The notes beneath the pieces were generated by a model that did not search any database, was not told where the DNA came from, and saw only the letters and a list, made by a program, of their open reading frames with translations. The position numbers and the translations under genes were made by a program. Shown here one piece after another: positions 24,387 through 37,897 of a stretch of DNA of 64,000 nucleotides (the first letter of the stretch is position 1; each line of letters starts with the position of its first letter). Source of the stretch: Eledone cirrhosa (Eukaryota); NCBI GenBank assembly GCA_964016885.1, contig OZ024743.1, forward strand, positions 263,624,001 through 263,688,000. The letters run 5' to 3'.

Positions 24387-26454
24387 TTACCGTACTTTTG
24401 GTAGAAGAGGGATGGTTTTTACATCCCTTTTCACTTGATCGTCTGGTGAAGGGACCGTTGAATCGTCCCTTCGGCTGGTCGTCGGCTCTTCTAAGAGGAT
24501 GTCTGAGTATACTCTTCGATTGATGGTTCCTCCTAGGTCCCTGAAATCACCAACTGCGTTGGGGAATTTCGTGTTAATGTTTGTGTATTGTTTCTGTGCT
24601 ATTTTTAGCAGTCTTATGTTAGTTGGCGTTTTGATTGGTGCTGGTATTATGTAGTCCTGTTGTGAAATGTCTGTGTGTTCAATTATGTAAGTCATTAGTT
24701 TCTTGTTGTGTGTATTTATTGCCGTGCATTTGTTTTTCTGGGGGTGGGGTGTGGTTCTGCTATTTTCTTGTCGTTGTTGCTGGGTGTGTGTGTTTTGTTG
24801 TTGTGTTTGCGATGTTGGTGCTTGTGGTGGTGGTGTTGAAGTTGTTGTTGGCGGTGGGGTTGTCGCCGGTGGTGATGGTGGTGCTAGTGTGGGTGGTGAT
24901 GGTGTTGGTGGTGTTGCTGCTGTGGGTCTCTTTGCAGTAGACTTTACCCTTTTCTCATTTCTTTCCTCCCTTTTCAAAGGCGACGATGCGCTGCTTCTGC
25001 GTTTGTGCCTTCTTACGACCTTTTGCCATCCCTCTCCCACCTCACACTCCATGTCTGATTCTGTGAGGTTGGGGAGGGGTACCAGCTCCACTCTTTCACT
25101 TGTTGTTGTTGGTGATGTTTGCACTGGAGTCTCTGTTGCAGCTGCATTTGGTATTGCTGTTGTTGTTGTTAATATTTCCACTGCTGCTGCTGTTTTTGAT
25201 TTCCGTGGAGTGGGTATGGGTGCCACGGACCTATCGTTCCTGGTTGCCGCTTGTCCTGTTGCTGGTAGCCGTGGAGCCGGATTCGGAAGGAGGGGGGTTT
25301 TCTCCTTTCTCAGGGTCTTCTCGTTGCAGAAGGCCCTGAGGTGAGTCTTCGATCCACAGCGAAAGCATTTCGGGCGTTTGCCCTCAACACTTATGGGCAG
25401 TTGAGTGCCGTTATCGAAGTCTATCACATCCGGGATAGCTTCGATGCACTCCTGGTTGGTTTGGATTAGCATCTCAATGGAGGTGCCGACCCAATCTTCT
25501 CTTACTTTTTTCTGTACTTGCAGTACAGTTGTTTTGTCCTCGATTCTGACGAGGACAGACGCGGCCAGCCAAGAAGGGGCCATTCCGGGGGGGGGGGACG
25601 TGGGTCAGTTTGACCCTCACAATTTTTTGCCCGCTGTAGGAGGGCACCAACACCATTTCCTCGCTCCTTAGGGTCACTACTGATTGGGCCTTTGCCTCCT
25701 GGGGTGTGGCAAAAAGTACGTCTACGTTGGCATATTTTTTGCCTCGGGTGATGTGCGTTTTCCGCTGCCACACAGACCCCAAGGCTTTTTGTATTTGGGC
25801 CTCTGTGGCTCTTTCCACCCTACGGGATTTTGTACTTACTGTACGGTACGTGACCGTACAGTGCTCTTGGGTTTCGAAAAATGTTTCCGCTGCCTTGCAG
25901 ATTGCTCGGTGTCCGTTCTTTGTCACCATCTTCTTCGCTTCCTCTAATTCCTCATTTTTTATGAGGATTGTTTCCAAGTTTTTCGTAATACCTGAAAATG
26001 AGATTGGTTTTTCTCTGCTGTTGTTGTTGTCGTCAGAGCTGCTGGTACTTTTGTTGTTGCTGCAGGTACTACGACTACTGCCTCCGCCGCTGTTGCTGTG
26101 GTTGTTGTTGGTGTTGCTGCTGCTAATGCTGTCGTTGTTTATGCTGCTGGTGATGCTGTTGCGGCTGCTACTGTTCTTTTCATTGTCACTGTTGCTGTTG
26201 TTATTACGGCTGCTACTGCTATTATTCCTGACGTCAGACGAATGAACTGGGTTTTCGTATTTCCCGCACACCTGTTTCGTCGCTGTCGTCGTGGAGAAAC
26301 CTTGCACGCTTTGCACGAGACTTTTATTTTCTTTCGTCGCTTGCGAAAGAGAAGGGAGGGAGAGAGACAATCTTCTCTCTGCTGTAGTGACGATTGAGGA
26401 AAAAGAAGACGGAATGAGTGGGAGTGACCTATGCAAATTCTTTTTCGTAGCCAT
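24387..26454 (-). CDS. LINE ORF1 (gag-like, CCHC knuckle), frameshifted at a C11 run (25587-25597)
   Basis: ORFs 25474-26454 and 24387-25583 join if one C is removed; CFRCGSKTHLRAFC knuckle; Ser/Asn and Pro/Thr low-complexity tracts. Confidence 0.8.
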
Positions 26455-26669
26455 GTTGTTTTTTTGTTAAAAATAAATATTGTGTACAAAACCCCAATAA
26501 GCAGTTATTTAACCCCGAAGGGCCAAATAACGGGTAGAAAGACCCCTCTCACAAGGAGGAGGATGTTTTTGTCTACAAGTTGGTCTAAGTTTTAAACAAT
26601 TTACAATTGTTAAAGCGTTCAAAATTTACAGTACCTTACAGAGCCGAGCCTCCGTCAACCATAGCATTC

Positions 26670-26701
<32 letters not shown>

Positions 26702-27264
26702 TGATAATGATGCTAATGAGTATTTTATTTGACACAAAAGGCTCTTACAATAAAATAAACGTTACCATGATTCTTCAAACTAAATCAAATCGAACGAAAA
26801 TCTGTAAATGATTTATTGGTGTATTATTCTCTTGGATTTATTTCTTTAAACCAAAGAAATATATATAAATGTGTAGAAGGTTTTATATTTTCAGACTATT
26901 TCAACTTATTATTTACCAGATTTTAAGACAAAGAATATGACGGATAAGAAGAAAAGTATTGATGATCAATAAATATTCTGGAATTTTTTTTACAGGCATA
27001 ATATTTTGTTGTGTGAGTCAGTATAGTAATGTTTTCTTATAATTTTAACAGATCAAGCTGTGAATGATGAACATTTTTTGAATTATTTAGTAATATTTCA
27101 TTTCTTAATATGGCTTACATAATAATGATTTATTTATTAGTCTCAGGGGCTTGCACATATAAAACGGTTATTCGCATGGTTTGAGAAACAAAGTTATAGA
27201 CAAAAAGAAGTGCAGAAGAAAAGACGCTATAGACGGATTAAAATCTATTAAAGTATATGATAAT

Positions 27265-29165
27265 TTATTTTATTGGCGACAAGGCCCCAAGGCATTGGGG
27301 ACGATACAAGGACAAAACAGTAACGACGGGTAGGGTTTACATCAAGTGAAGGAAAAGGGACATCACCTAATAGAAATGAAAAGGGATAACAATGATGGAA
27401 TTTGTAATAAATATAAATTAACAACTGAGGAAAATAACAATAACGAATGTCAGCAAGGGCCTGTTTCCAAATAGTGTGTGTGTGGGGGGGGGGGGGAACT
27501 ACAAATTAGGGTAATTCCAGTGAGAACCCTCCTTTCACACACAAAAGTCAGGATTACTCTGTTACCTCATGGGCATTGAAAGTGCCCTCTTCTAGTATCC
27601 TTCCTCCTGCTTAGAAAAGCCTATTCAGTGTGGCCCATTCGACCTCATCAATCTCGTCATTCTCACCCATCTTTCATAAAACATACTAGAAGGCAGTAAC
27701 CACCTCTGTACCATCACTCCCCCCCTCAAGTGGAACTTGAAGTTGATTGAGGGTTTGGCTGGAAAGGAAGTTTTCTGTCCTTAATTCTGTTAGGTGAGTC
27801 CACCATACAGCTTCTTTGGCCATAGCTATCAGGCAGAGGATGACTTTCTGCGTCACCTTCCTAAAAGAAGGTGGCTGTTTTAATATAGACCTACACGTGA
27901 TAGCAGTTATTCGACACACGTCCACAACTCTGCAATGCATGTGCACTGGGTGATAGTATACAGCACGGTTTCGTCGCCTTACTTGCATCTTGGACTGGAC
28001 AGGTCCGGGTATTGGCACTTCCATTTTCAAGGAGGTTTAGAAATTATTCCTAGTCTCTGACCTGAAGGCCCTGTTCAGACTGTCCTCGTCGACATCCAGT
28101 GCCGATCGCAGGTGATCGTCGTTCGTACATTCCACCAAACCTCTATAAAATGCAAGTGTTGTTTTCTGGTCTCCTATCGATGTGTTCAGTTGGTAAAGTA
28201 TCATGAGTGCTTGCCAACATTCTAAATGTCAGTCGCCTAAATCTGGTCTGGGTTTGACCCATGTCAGCACATCGGTGAAGGATTCAAGCTGCGGAAAGAT
28301 ATGCCGCATGAAAGGCGTCCACACTGGTTAGACGTAGTTTTCGTTATCATCGTCATTGCTGTTTGTGAGGTAATTCCACGGGTGTGTTAGCTGCAGCGCG
28401 TGTCTGTGCATCCGTAGTAATGCCATCCCGATGACACTATAGAGTGTATGTTGGTAGCAGATGGATTGTTTGATCAGTGGCATTTACTCCTTCCACAAAA
28501 AGAGTTAAAATATATAATACGCACAACCTTATAAGACACACAATAAATAAAGCTTGATAGACAATGAAACATTTAGAGAAACCTCTAGTTACGTGGAGCC
28601 AGATTCCCCATACATTATCTTCGCCCACCAAACATTATGTATTTTCTGGGGAAGACCGGAATTCCGCGTAAGCCTATTTTCGGAGGGTCCATAGATATAA
28701 TAACCCACATGTTCTGGAAAAACGTACTTTATTCTTTTATATATTCCATTCGTTGTTAAAAGTAAAAATCTTTCATCCTGGTGCTCTCGGTGTAGATCCC
28801 TCATTTCCTGGTCCATCCACATACAACATGGATGGTTCGTTTTCACCAATTTAGACAGTAAATTATGCAGAACATCGTTGCTGGTTCTGATAATCATGTA
28901 TTTATAGAAATCTCCCCATTTCATCTGCCTTTTAGAAGCTTTCTAAACTTGGTTTACTGGTCTTCGACTTCCTTGTCAGATTCCTGGCTGGTTTGCTGTT
29001 TGTTGACTCTTACGTTTAAGGACGAAGTGATCGCTTTCATTGTTGTCAAAGCTATAATACGTCGTATCATGTTTCTACTATCATCATTCTCTCTCACTTT
29101 CCACCATCTCCCTGCAGATCCCTACCTCCTGTGGTATTGTGGTATTTGTTCTCATCTGTGTAGCA
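27265..29165 (-). mobile_element. Old, internally deleted Tx1/L1-clade LINE relative
   Basis: 27620-28510 matches ORF2 C-terminus (LFLWKE*MPLIKQSICYQH); 28589-28924 resembles ORF1 C-terminus (YKRIKYVFPEHVGY vs YTNINTKFPNAVGD). Confidence 0.7.
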
Positions 29166-29194
29166 GCTAGGATTTCTGTTCTCTACCACATTGT

Positions 29195-29300
29195 CTTATT
29201 GAAAGGTAAAGTCAACTTTGATGGGTTTTGAACTCAATCTAAAGAATCGGACCAAATACCACAAGACTGTTTGTTCGAGGCTCTAACCTCATCAATCCAC
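29195..29300 (-). mobile_element. Degenerate SINE fragment
   Basis: GAAAGGTAAAGTCAACTT..TTTGAACTC. Confidence 0.55.
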
Positions 29301-29719
29301 TCACTCTCTTTAAATTATTGATTGCCTTTCTTCAGGCACAAAGCCAAATTAGATAAGTGACGGGTATAATTGATTTAATCAATTAGTGCCCTTCTCCACG
29401 CCTCTACATTATCTATCTTTTCAGAAGAAATGAAAGCCTTAGCTAATTACGGTAGTTGAAATCAGAAGAAAGTCAATTTATCAGTAGGGTGTACGTTCGT
29501 CGTCAAACACAGGGTTCACGCTAATAAAAGGGTTAAGGTTTGGAATAGCAGAAGATTAAAATATCGATGCCATTGTTAATAAAGCCTACCCCTTTCTTCT
29601 ACTCCAGTATTATCAATGATTGATAGCAACAGCTTACAAGTGACTTTCTATGTTGTTCCCCCCCTACTGGAAATGGCATTCATATTTTTCTACAATCACA
29701 TTTTATTCTATCATTTTAT

Positions 29720-30160
29720 CTTCCTATCACTTCTTCATTCATTTATTCTTTCTTTATATTTTATTTTTTTCTCTGTGTCTTAATTCTCCCGCTCTATCTA
29801 TATACCTCTCTATCTCTTTATCTCTTTATCTATCTTTCTTTCTTCGCTTTTCTCTTCTTCTATGTATCTCTTTCTTTCTCTTTCTTTCTCTTCTTCTATA
29901 TATTTCTTTCATTGTCTCTCTTTCTCTTTTTCTATCTAACACTTTCTATCTCTTTCTATTCTTCTATGTATTTCTTTCTTTGTCTGTCTTTCTCTTTTTC
30001 TATCTATCTCTTTCTTTCTCGTTCTTTCTCTTCTATGTATTTCCTTCTTTATCTGTCTTCCTCTTTTTCTATGTATCTCTTACGTTTTGTGTCTTTCTCT
30101 TTTTCGATCTATCTCTATATATCTGTCTTTCCTTCTCTCCCTAGCATTTCATTCTTTCTA
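29720..30160. repeat. CT-rich low-complexity tract
   Basis: Direct inspection. Confidence 0.9.
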
Positions 30161-30327
30161 TTTATAGAATTTATTTCTTGCCGAATGGAACATGATTTGT
30201 TAGACAATAAAAACATTACTGAAGTAAGCTGAGTTTCAGATTTTAAGGTAAAATAAATTCATGAAATTTTAAACAGCAAAATAGTTCGTTTTGCTACGAT
30301 GTGTTAAAAACAATATCAACAATAATA

Positions 30328-30652
30328 GTTTCTAATTTAGGCACATAACCAGCAATTTGTACATTAGTAGTACTATATTTTTTCAACTCGGGAAGGACGC
30401 CAAAAACACTAAACTTGGCGAGATTTGAACTAAAAACGTAAAGAGCCAGAACAAATACCACAAAGTATTTTTACCTACACTAACGATTCTGCTCATTTGC
30501 CGCCCTAAATGGTTTCTAAATTAGGCCAAGTCCAACAATTTGTGGGAAGAGAAAGGTCGAGTACGTCACCTACAATACGTGATTCGATTTTATATTAACG
30601 AGCCCGATAGTATGAAAAGCACATTGGGCCTCGATGGGATTTCAACTTAGAA
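30328..30652 (-). mobile_element. Two degenerate SINE copies
   Basis: GTTTCTAATTTAGGCAC 3' end after AATAATA; GATTTGAAC B-box complement. Confidence 0.55.
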
Positions 30653-30689
30653 CCCCTTAACCACACAGTCATGCTCTCCTTTACATATA

Positions 30690-31500
30690 ACAGGGTTGCT
30701 CAGTTCTTTGAGGACGCGTATTTTAATTTCTCTAGCTATTTCCTAACTTATTTCTTTTGAGATAAATGATGAAAGACATCAAGCTAACTTAGTAAACGAA
30801 AAGACGCACTATAATTGTCGCCTTAAAGACATAGAGATGAAGTGATTACTCGTTTATGAAGTTTGCACAGTCGTTTGTTGTCAACGTTCGCAAATAGCTG
30901 GAAGCCGCCAGCGGGATTCTACAGCTGTAACCAAACGTAAAACGCCTGCTGAGGGTTATAATACCATTATCACATCCATATTTGCACGACGACTCTCCCT
31001 AGGGCTTAAGAGTAAATATTGCTGGCTATCAGGAAGTGTTGGTGAGGATTGGGAAGCCTTGAGTAGATTGTTTGAGCAAAGGAAGGTCGTATACCTATCA
31101 CGAAGGCTCTGCGCCGTCCCAAAAAGCAAGACGAACAAATAATGTCTGAGTTACTATATCCACGATCACGTCCTCAGACCTAAATATATTGGACTACTGT
31201 GTATAGGGCGTAGTTTAGAGAGAAGTCAATCACTGCCTTCATAACACTATAAAATCTCCGAAGTCCACCATAACTAGCGCAATGTCAAACATAGTGAGAG
31301 ATCATGTGATTCATTGAACAAATGCGTTCAAATGAGATTAAAAATTATTTATGCCAATTTATTGGCCAATGAAGCTCTTCTAATTAATGCAAATGTCGTC
31401 AAACAACTGAACAGTTCTGTATATGAAAATATATGTATTCATATATTCTTTTATTATTTCCCTGGATTTGCTCATAAGTCTGCTGCCAAACTGCGGCACC
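30690..31500 (+). mobile_element. Highly decayed Tc1/mariner-superfamily transposon
   Basis: ~31170-31230 translates as SSDLNILDYCV*G, like the SPDLNPLDY.VW motif. Confidence 0.5.
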
Positions 31501-31759
31501 ACATTAAGATTAAGGTGATTTTGTCGATCGTATCGAATCTAGAGATAAGCTATCAAATTTTGATTCGCCATCATTTCATCCAGATGTTTCAACGTTCAAA
31601 ATTTATCATCTACCGATTAAAGTTAGTAAACAAAGACTCTAGAAAATTACCAGTTTCAGAGGGAAGCGATGTTAAAACTGGTTTCTAATATGCTGCTAAG
31701 GTTTCAGGAACAATATTTTGTTAAAGATTTAAAAAAAAAAAAAAAAAGATTTCCCTTCG

Positions 31760-32538
31760 AAATAATCTCCCTCGAGTCTCCCATCCTTCTCCACCCCACC
31801 TCCATACACTCATGGAAGGATCCCTCCGGGATTCTCGGCAGCTCCGTCGTCGTGGCCAAAACGAATATATATGAGTCATCACTGGTCATGACTCACCTGC
31901 GCATGTCGAGTTCGGTTTTAAGCCGCTTTAAGATGTTCTCTCACACATGTATGCGTCGCTCCTTCTTGTCATAATTGAGCAGCTTCAGCACCATCTTTGC
32001 GCAGATCACCCGCATGCTAAAATCTTCGGTGATAATTATCAAAACGCTTTCGCGGTTCATGCTCAGCTCACTTGCAATTAGTCGCATAGTCAACTGATGA
32101 TCGCCACGCACCACCTGCCTCATGTGCTAAAGTTGACCACAGTCCTGCTCGTTGAAGGCCTTCCTCTCCTGGAGTCGTCTTCCACGTCATCGCATTCCTC
32201 TTTGAACCTTATGTGCCATTCGAAAACACGTGAGCGTGACATCAACCCATCTCTGTATATTAGTTGCAGTATTCCGAGTCATTCTGACGGAGGTTTTCCC
32301 AGCCGGACAAGAAACAACAGGCTGGTTCGTTGTTCTGTGCCTATCACTCGATGACCTAAAATTGTGGAGCTGTTAACAAAAGCACGTGAAAGAACATATA
32401 TTGGCTGCAGGGAGCTGCGCTCGCAGTTATATACTGTCCGAGTATTACGTCACACAGTAACGCAACCAGCTAATCCCTACCCAACTCATAGCTTCCACAG
32501 CACACTCAGTTCTGTTAATTTTCTGGCACACTTCGTAT
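31760..32538 (-). mobile_element. Decayed mariner transposon (5' part)
   Basis: SRSRVFEWH..DDSRRGRPS..RLIASELSM..CAKMVLKLL; TA-CGAAGTGTG terminus near 32538. Confidence 0.8.
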
Positions 32539-32865
32539 ATACGAGTTGATGTGCTTTACTTATTTAGCCATAGGTTCTCCTTCTTCAATCGAGAAGTCGT
32601 CTTCACTGGTATCAATTAGAAGTAACTCAACCCATACAATCCTTGAACAGATTTTTCGTATGATCTTCCTCTCTTTATCTTTGGTATTGTTGGGAGCTGG
32701 TTCTGTTTATTTTTCGAAAATTGCTTATCCGACATGCACAATACAAGTCCATGGTGCAATCTATGTTAGATAAACATTGGGGGAAGTAATCAGTAATAGA
32801 ATAAGAAACATTTATAGAATTTTTATGAAAAACAATTCTAGTACATATTCTTATTATTATCATTA

Positions 32866-33270
32866 TGGTGGATTGGCAGTATCGGTAGAGCGTCGAACAA
32901 AATGCTTCGTGACATAGAGTTATGGCCCTTTACGTTCTGGGTTCAAATCCCGCCGAGGTTAACTTTGCCTTTCATCCTTGTGGGGTCGATAAAATAAAGT
33001 ACCAATCACGCACTGGGGTTGATTTAATCGACTTTCCCCTCCCCCAAATTACTGGCCTTGTGCCTATACTAGAAATCAGTATTATTATGGTGGATTGGCA
33101 TTATCGATAGAGCGTCGGACAACATGCTTCGTGGCATAGAATTATCGCCCTTTACGTTCTAGGTTCAAACCCCACCGAGGTTAACTTTGCCTTTCATCCT
33201 TACGGTGTCGATAAAATAAAGTACCAGTAATGTACTGAGTAATTGCTGGCCTTGTGCCAAAAGTAGAAAC
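32866..33270 (+). mobile_element. Two tandem SINEs (32866-33075, 33089-33270)
   Basis: A/B boxes and family core; flanked and separated by (ATT)n. Confidence 0.88.
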
Positions 33271-33344
33271 AATTATTATTATACACGGACGCATACTTAC
33301 TGGTTGATACATATAAATGTTATAGATGCAAAAGTATATAAAAA

Positions 33345-33762
33345 TATTTACGTGTGCGAAGGTTATCATATATACGTGTCCATGTGTGTATATATATATA
33401 TGTGTGTGTATGCGTGTGTGTGTGTATGGGTGTGTGTGTATATACGAAAGTTATCATATATACGTGTCCATGTGTGCGTATATTTATGTGCGTATGCAGG
33501 TTCGCGTATATACATATATATATATATATATGTATATACGCGAACCTGCATACGCACATACATACATACATACATGCGTATATGTATGTGCGTATGCAGG
33601 TTCGCGTATATACATATATATATATATAAATAACTATGTATATATATATATATATATATATGTATATACATAGTTATTTATATATATATATATACGCAAA
33701 CCTGCATACGCACATACATATACGCACACATTGACACGTATATATGATAACCTTCGTACATA
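33345..33762. repeat. Nested foldback repeats
   Basis: TATGTGCGTATGCAGGTTCGCGTATA alternates orientation four times; outer IR CGAAGGTTATCATATATACGTGTC ~33357 / ~33733. Confidence 0.8.
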
Positions 33763-33961
33763 TAGACACACACCCATATATACACACACACACACTCACA
33801 CACACACATATATATATACACACATATATATACATATATATTATATATACATATATATATATAGTTGTTTATTTAACATATATATATATATATTTATAAG
33901 TGTATATATATATATATATAAGTATATATATATCTATATATCTATAAGTGTATATATATAA

Positions 33962-34006
<45 letters not shown>

Positions 34007-34103
34007 TGTATATATATAAGTATATATATATATATATATATATATATAAGTGTATATATATAAGTATATATATATATATATATATATAAGTGTATATATA
34101 TAA

Positions 34104-34167
<64 letters not shown>

Positions 34168-34254
34168 AAAGTTATATTTAAATTGTTGGGTTAACAACTA
34201 GTACATATTTATAACTGATATAAAAGCACTCAACAAGTATTTGGAGTATATTTA

Positions 34255-34619
34255 TGATATTAAATAAATGGAAACTATATTTATAAATGGAAACTATATT
34301 TATAAAACCATATTTATTTCGTTATATATATTTTATTATATATATTTCAGGGATATCATATTAACAATATGTTATGCCTTCTTCAGACAAAATACAATAT
34401 AAACAGTCTTATAAATAAATAGATACGACATACCTTTCACTGCCAAATCAACCTCCCAAATGCAAGGTGATTGAAAGGTATGTCGTATCTATTTATTTAT
34501 AAGACTGTTTATATTGTATTTTGTCTGAAGAAGGCATAACATATTGTTAAGATGATATCCCTGAAATATATATAACGAAATAAATATGGTTTTATAAATA
34601 TAGTTTCCATTTATTTAAT

Positions 34620-34623
<4 letters not shown>
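34255..34623. mobile_element. PLE pLTR foldback (about 150-bp arms, 32-nt loop)
   Basis: 34255-34439 is the reverse complement of 34472-34623 apart from two small duplications; followed by (TA)n. Confidence 0.85.
34517..34582 (+). ncRNA. Type I hammerhead ribozyme (antisense copy at 34315-34394)
   Basis: TATTTTGT-CTGAAGA-AGG..CCT-GAAA-TATATA-TA-ACGAAATA. Confidence 0.85.
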
Positions 34624-35824
<1,201 letters not shown>

Positions 35825-36212
35825 CCATAATGACGTTGACGACGATGATGATTACATAAACAATGTTTTGGTGATGTGTTTTGTTTAATTTTGACTTCTC
35901 GTTTTACGTTTGTGTGTGTGTGTTTTTCTAAAAACATTTTGTTCTCTATATCGATTCTTGTGAGTATAGAAACACTTTGTATATTCATGAAAACTTGTTT
36001 TCGCTTCAGTAAACGAACTTTTATGAAAACTATGCTAACCTTTAGCTCTGACGTCAAGCTTCTTTCTTCGTCTTCTTCTTCATCATATTCTGCTCTATGT
36101 TGTTATACGCACACCCAAGACTATTTCCCTTCGATGATGTTAAATCTTGAAATTTACTTGCATATCTCTAGATGTGACATTGTTTGTTGCTTTCACTGTC
36201 ATAGCAAATATC

Positions 36213-36223
36213 TCCTCCTCCTC

Positions 36224-36254
<31 letters not shown>

Positions 36255-36350
36255 CATCACCACCAATACTACTACTACTACTACTACCACCACCACCACT
36301 ACTACTACTAATACTACTACTACTACCAACACTACTAACCACCATCAACA

Positions 36351-36412
<62 letters not shown>

Positions 36413-36430
36413 GTTGCTGCTGCTGCTGTT
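36213..36430. repeat. (CTA)n / (CCA)n trinucleotide repeats
   Basis: Direct inspection. Confidence 0.9.
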
Positions 36431-36743
36431 ACTGTACTCATCCTCACTTTTCTTTTTCTTTGTCACTCGTTCATTCTCTCAATCTCGCAATCCCACATTC
36501 AACATTTCTCTCTCCCTCTCTCATGCATATCCAAATTTGGCTCCACAACGCATCTCTCTTATTCCTTCTTTCTCTCCCTTTCCCTCTCTACAAACAAATA
36601 CACACACACATGTATGTATGTATGGGATTCTAGGTCTTCAGTATACCCACTCTGCATATCATCATGCATCAAGCACTAACCTGATTTGAGATCTTGTTTT
36701 TCTCACTGTAAACACTCAATATATATATACAATATATATATAT

Positions 36744-37776
36744 CGTTTCTGAATTTGTTTAGCAAGATTTTTTTTATCTGAAAACGTGTTTTGAAACCGA
36801 TATTGTTATACTTTGGGAGGGTCATGTATCCAATAAGAAACACATGCACCAGTAGCTTCACTTCAATTTATTATAAATTAAATTTATAAATTTAAAAATT
36901 TATAAATATTATTAATAATATTTAGTTTAAGTATTTAGTTTAAATATTAAGATAGTGGAAAGACCAGGTACCTCCATAAAAACACTTATTTGTAATATAT
37001 GCCCTTTTCAAAGACCTCCCTGTATAGATAAGAAATGCATAATCTGTAAACTAAACCCCCATATTAACTGTAAAACTAGAAACATAGTATATAGCATAAG
37101 TTGTACTGAGGGACAATGTAAAGATAAGAATATAATGTACATAGGTGAGACAGCTCGTAGCATAGGAGAACGATTAAATGAACACTGGCGAGAACTCCAA
37201 AATAGAAAAGACTCAGCAGTACTCCACCAACATGCTAAAATAGAACATAAGGGCAAATTAGAGAACATAGAAATCAAAATAAAATCTACGCACAGAAAAG
37301 ACGCAATGTTTAGACAAATCACAGAGGCAATAAACATAAATGAACTCCAACCAAAATTAAATAGAAAACATGAATGGAATAGCAACATCACAACTTACAA
37401 TTAAGGACAAAATGAAAATACACACACACAGAACAAACAACTATCTAGTAACATGTAAATAAACAAATAAATAAACAAATAAAAACACACACAGACACCC
37501 GGATGTAACACATGCGCAAACTAAGCACACAACACACACAAAAACAAGACGGCGTAGGACAGAACAAAGGAGAGGCACAAAACAAAGAAAAGAATCCCCA
37601 GTCACAGAATATGTGACGAAAGAACTTTGACAATATATGAACAACCTTCCGGTTGTGGAACCAACCGGAAATTTATAAATTTTTAAATTTATAATTTAAT
37701 TTATAATAAATTGAAGTGAAACAACTGGTGCGTGTGTTTCTTATTGGCAACATGACCCTCCCAAAGTATAACAATA
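36744..37776 (+). mobile_element. 5'-truncated PLE with inverted 5' pLTR
   Basis: 36800-36907 inverted to 37671-37776; GIY-YIG ORF in between; (TA)n on both flanks. Confidence 0.85.
36955..37404 (+). pseudogene. PLE GIY-YIG endonuclease fragment (non-Naiad type)
   Basis: CIDKKCIIC, NIVYSISC, YIGETARSIGERLNEH, LHQH, EAINI..QPKLN. Confidence 0.88.
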
Positions 37777-37836
37777 TATATATAGAGAGAAGTAAGATAA
37801 CAAGGACGATTGGTTACTCCTTCATTACGTTTATAA

Positions 37837-37897
<61 letters not shown>

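Larger units (their letters stand above)
20683..26669 (-). mobile_element. Full-length Tx1/L1-clade non-LTR retrotransposon (~6 kb)
   Basis: 5' UTR, ORF1, ORF2, 3' UTR with AATAAA; (AAT)n on both flanks. Confidence 0.93.

Noticed and set aside
21243-26489. Short ORFs overlapping or antisense to the LINE ORFs
   Set aside because: Shadow frames of GC-richer coding or low-complexity sequence
35876-36679. 267-aa ORF with poly-Leu/Thr
   Set aside because: Driven by (CTA)n repeats
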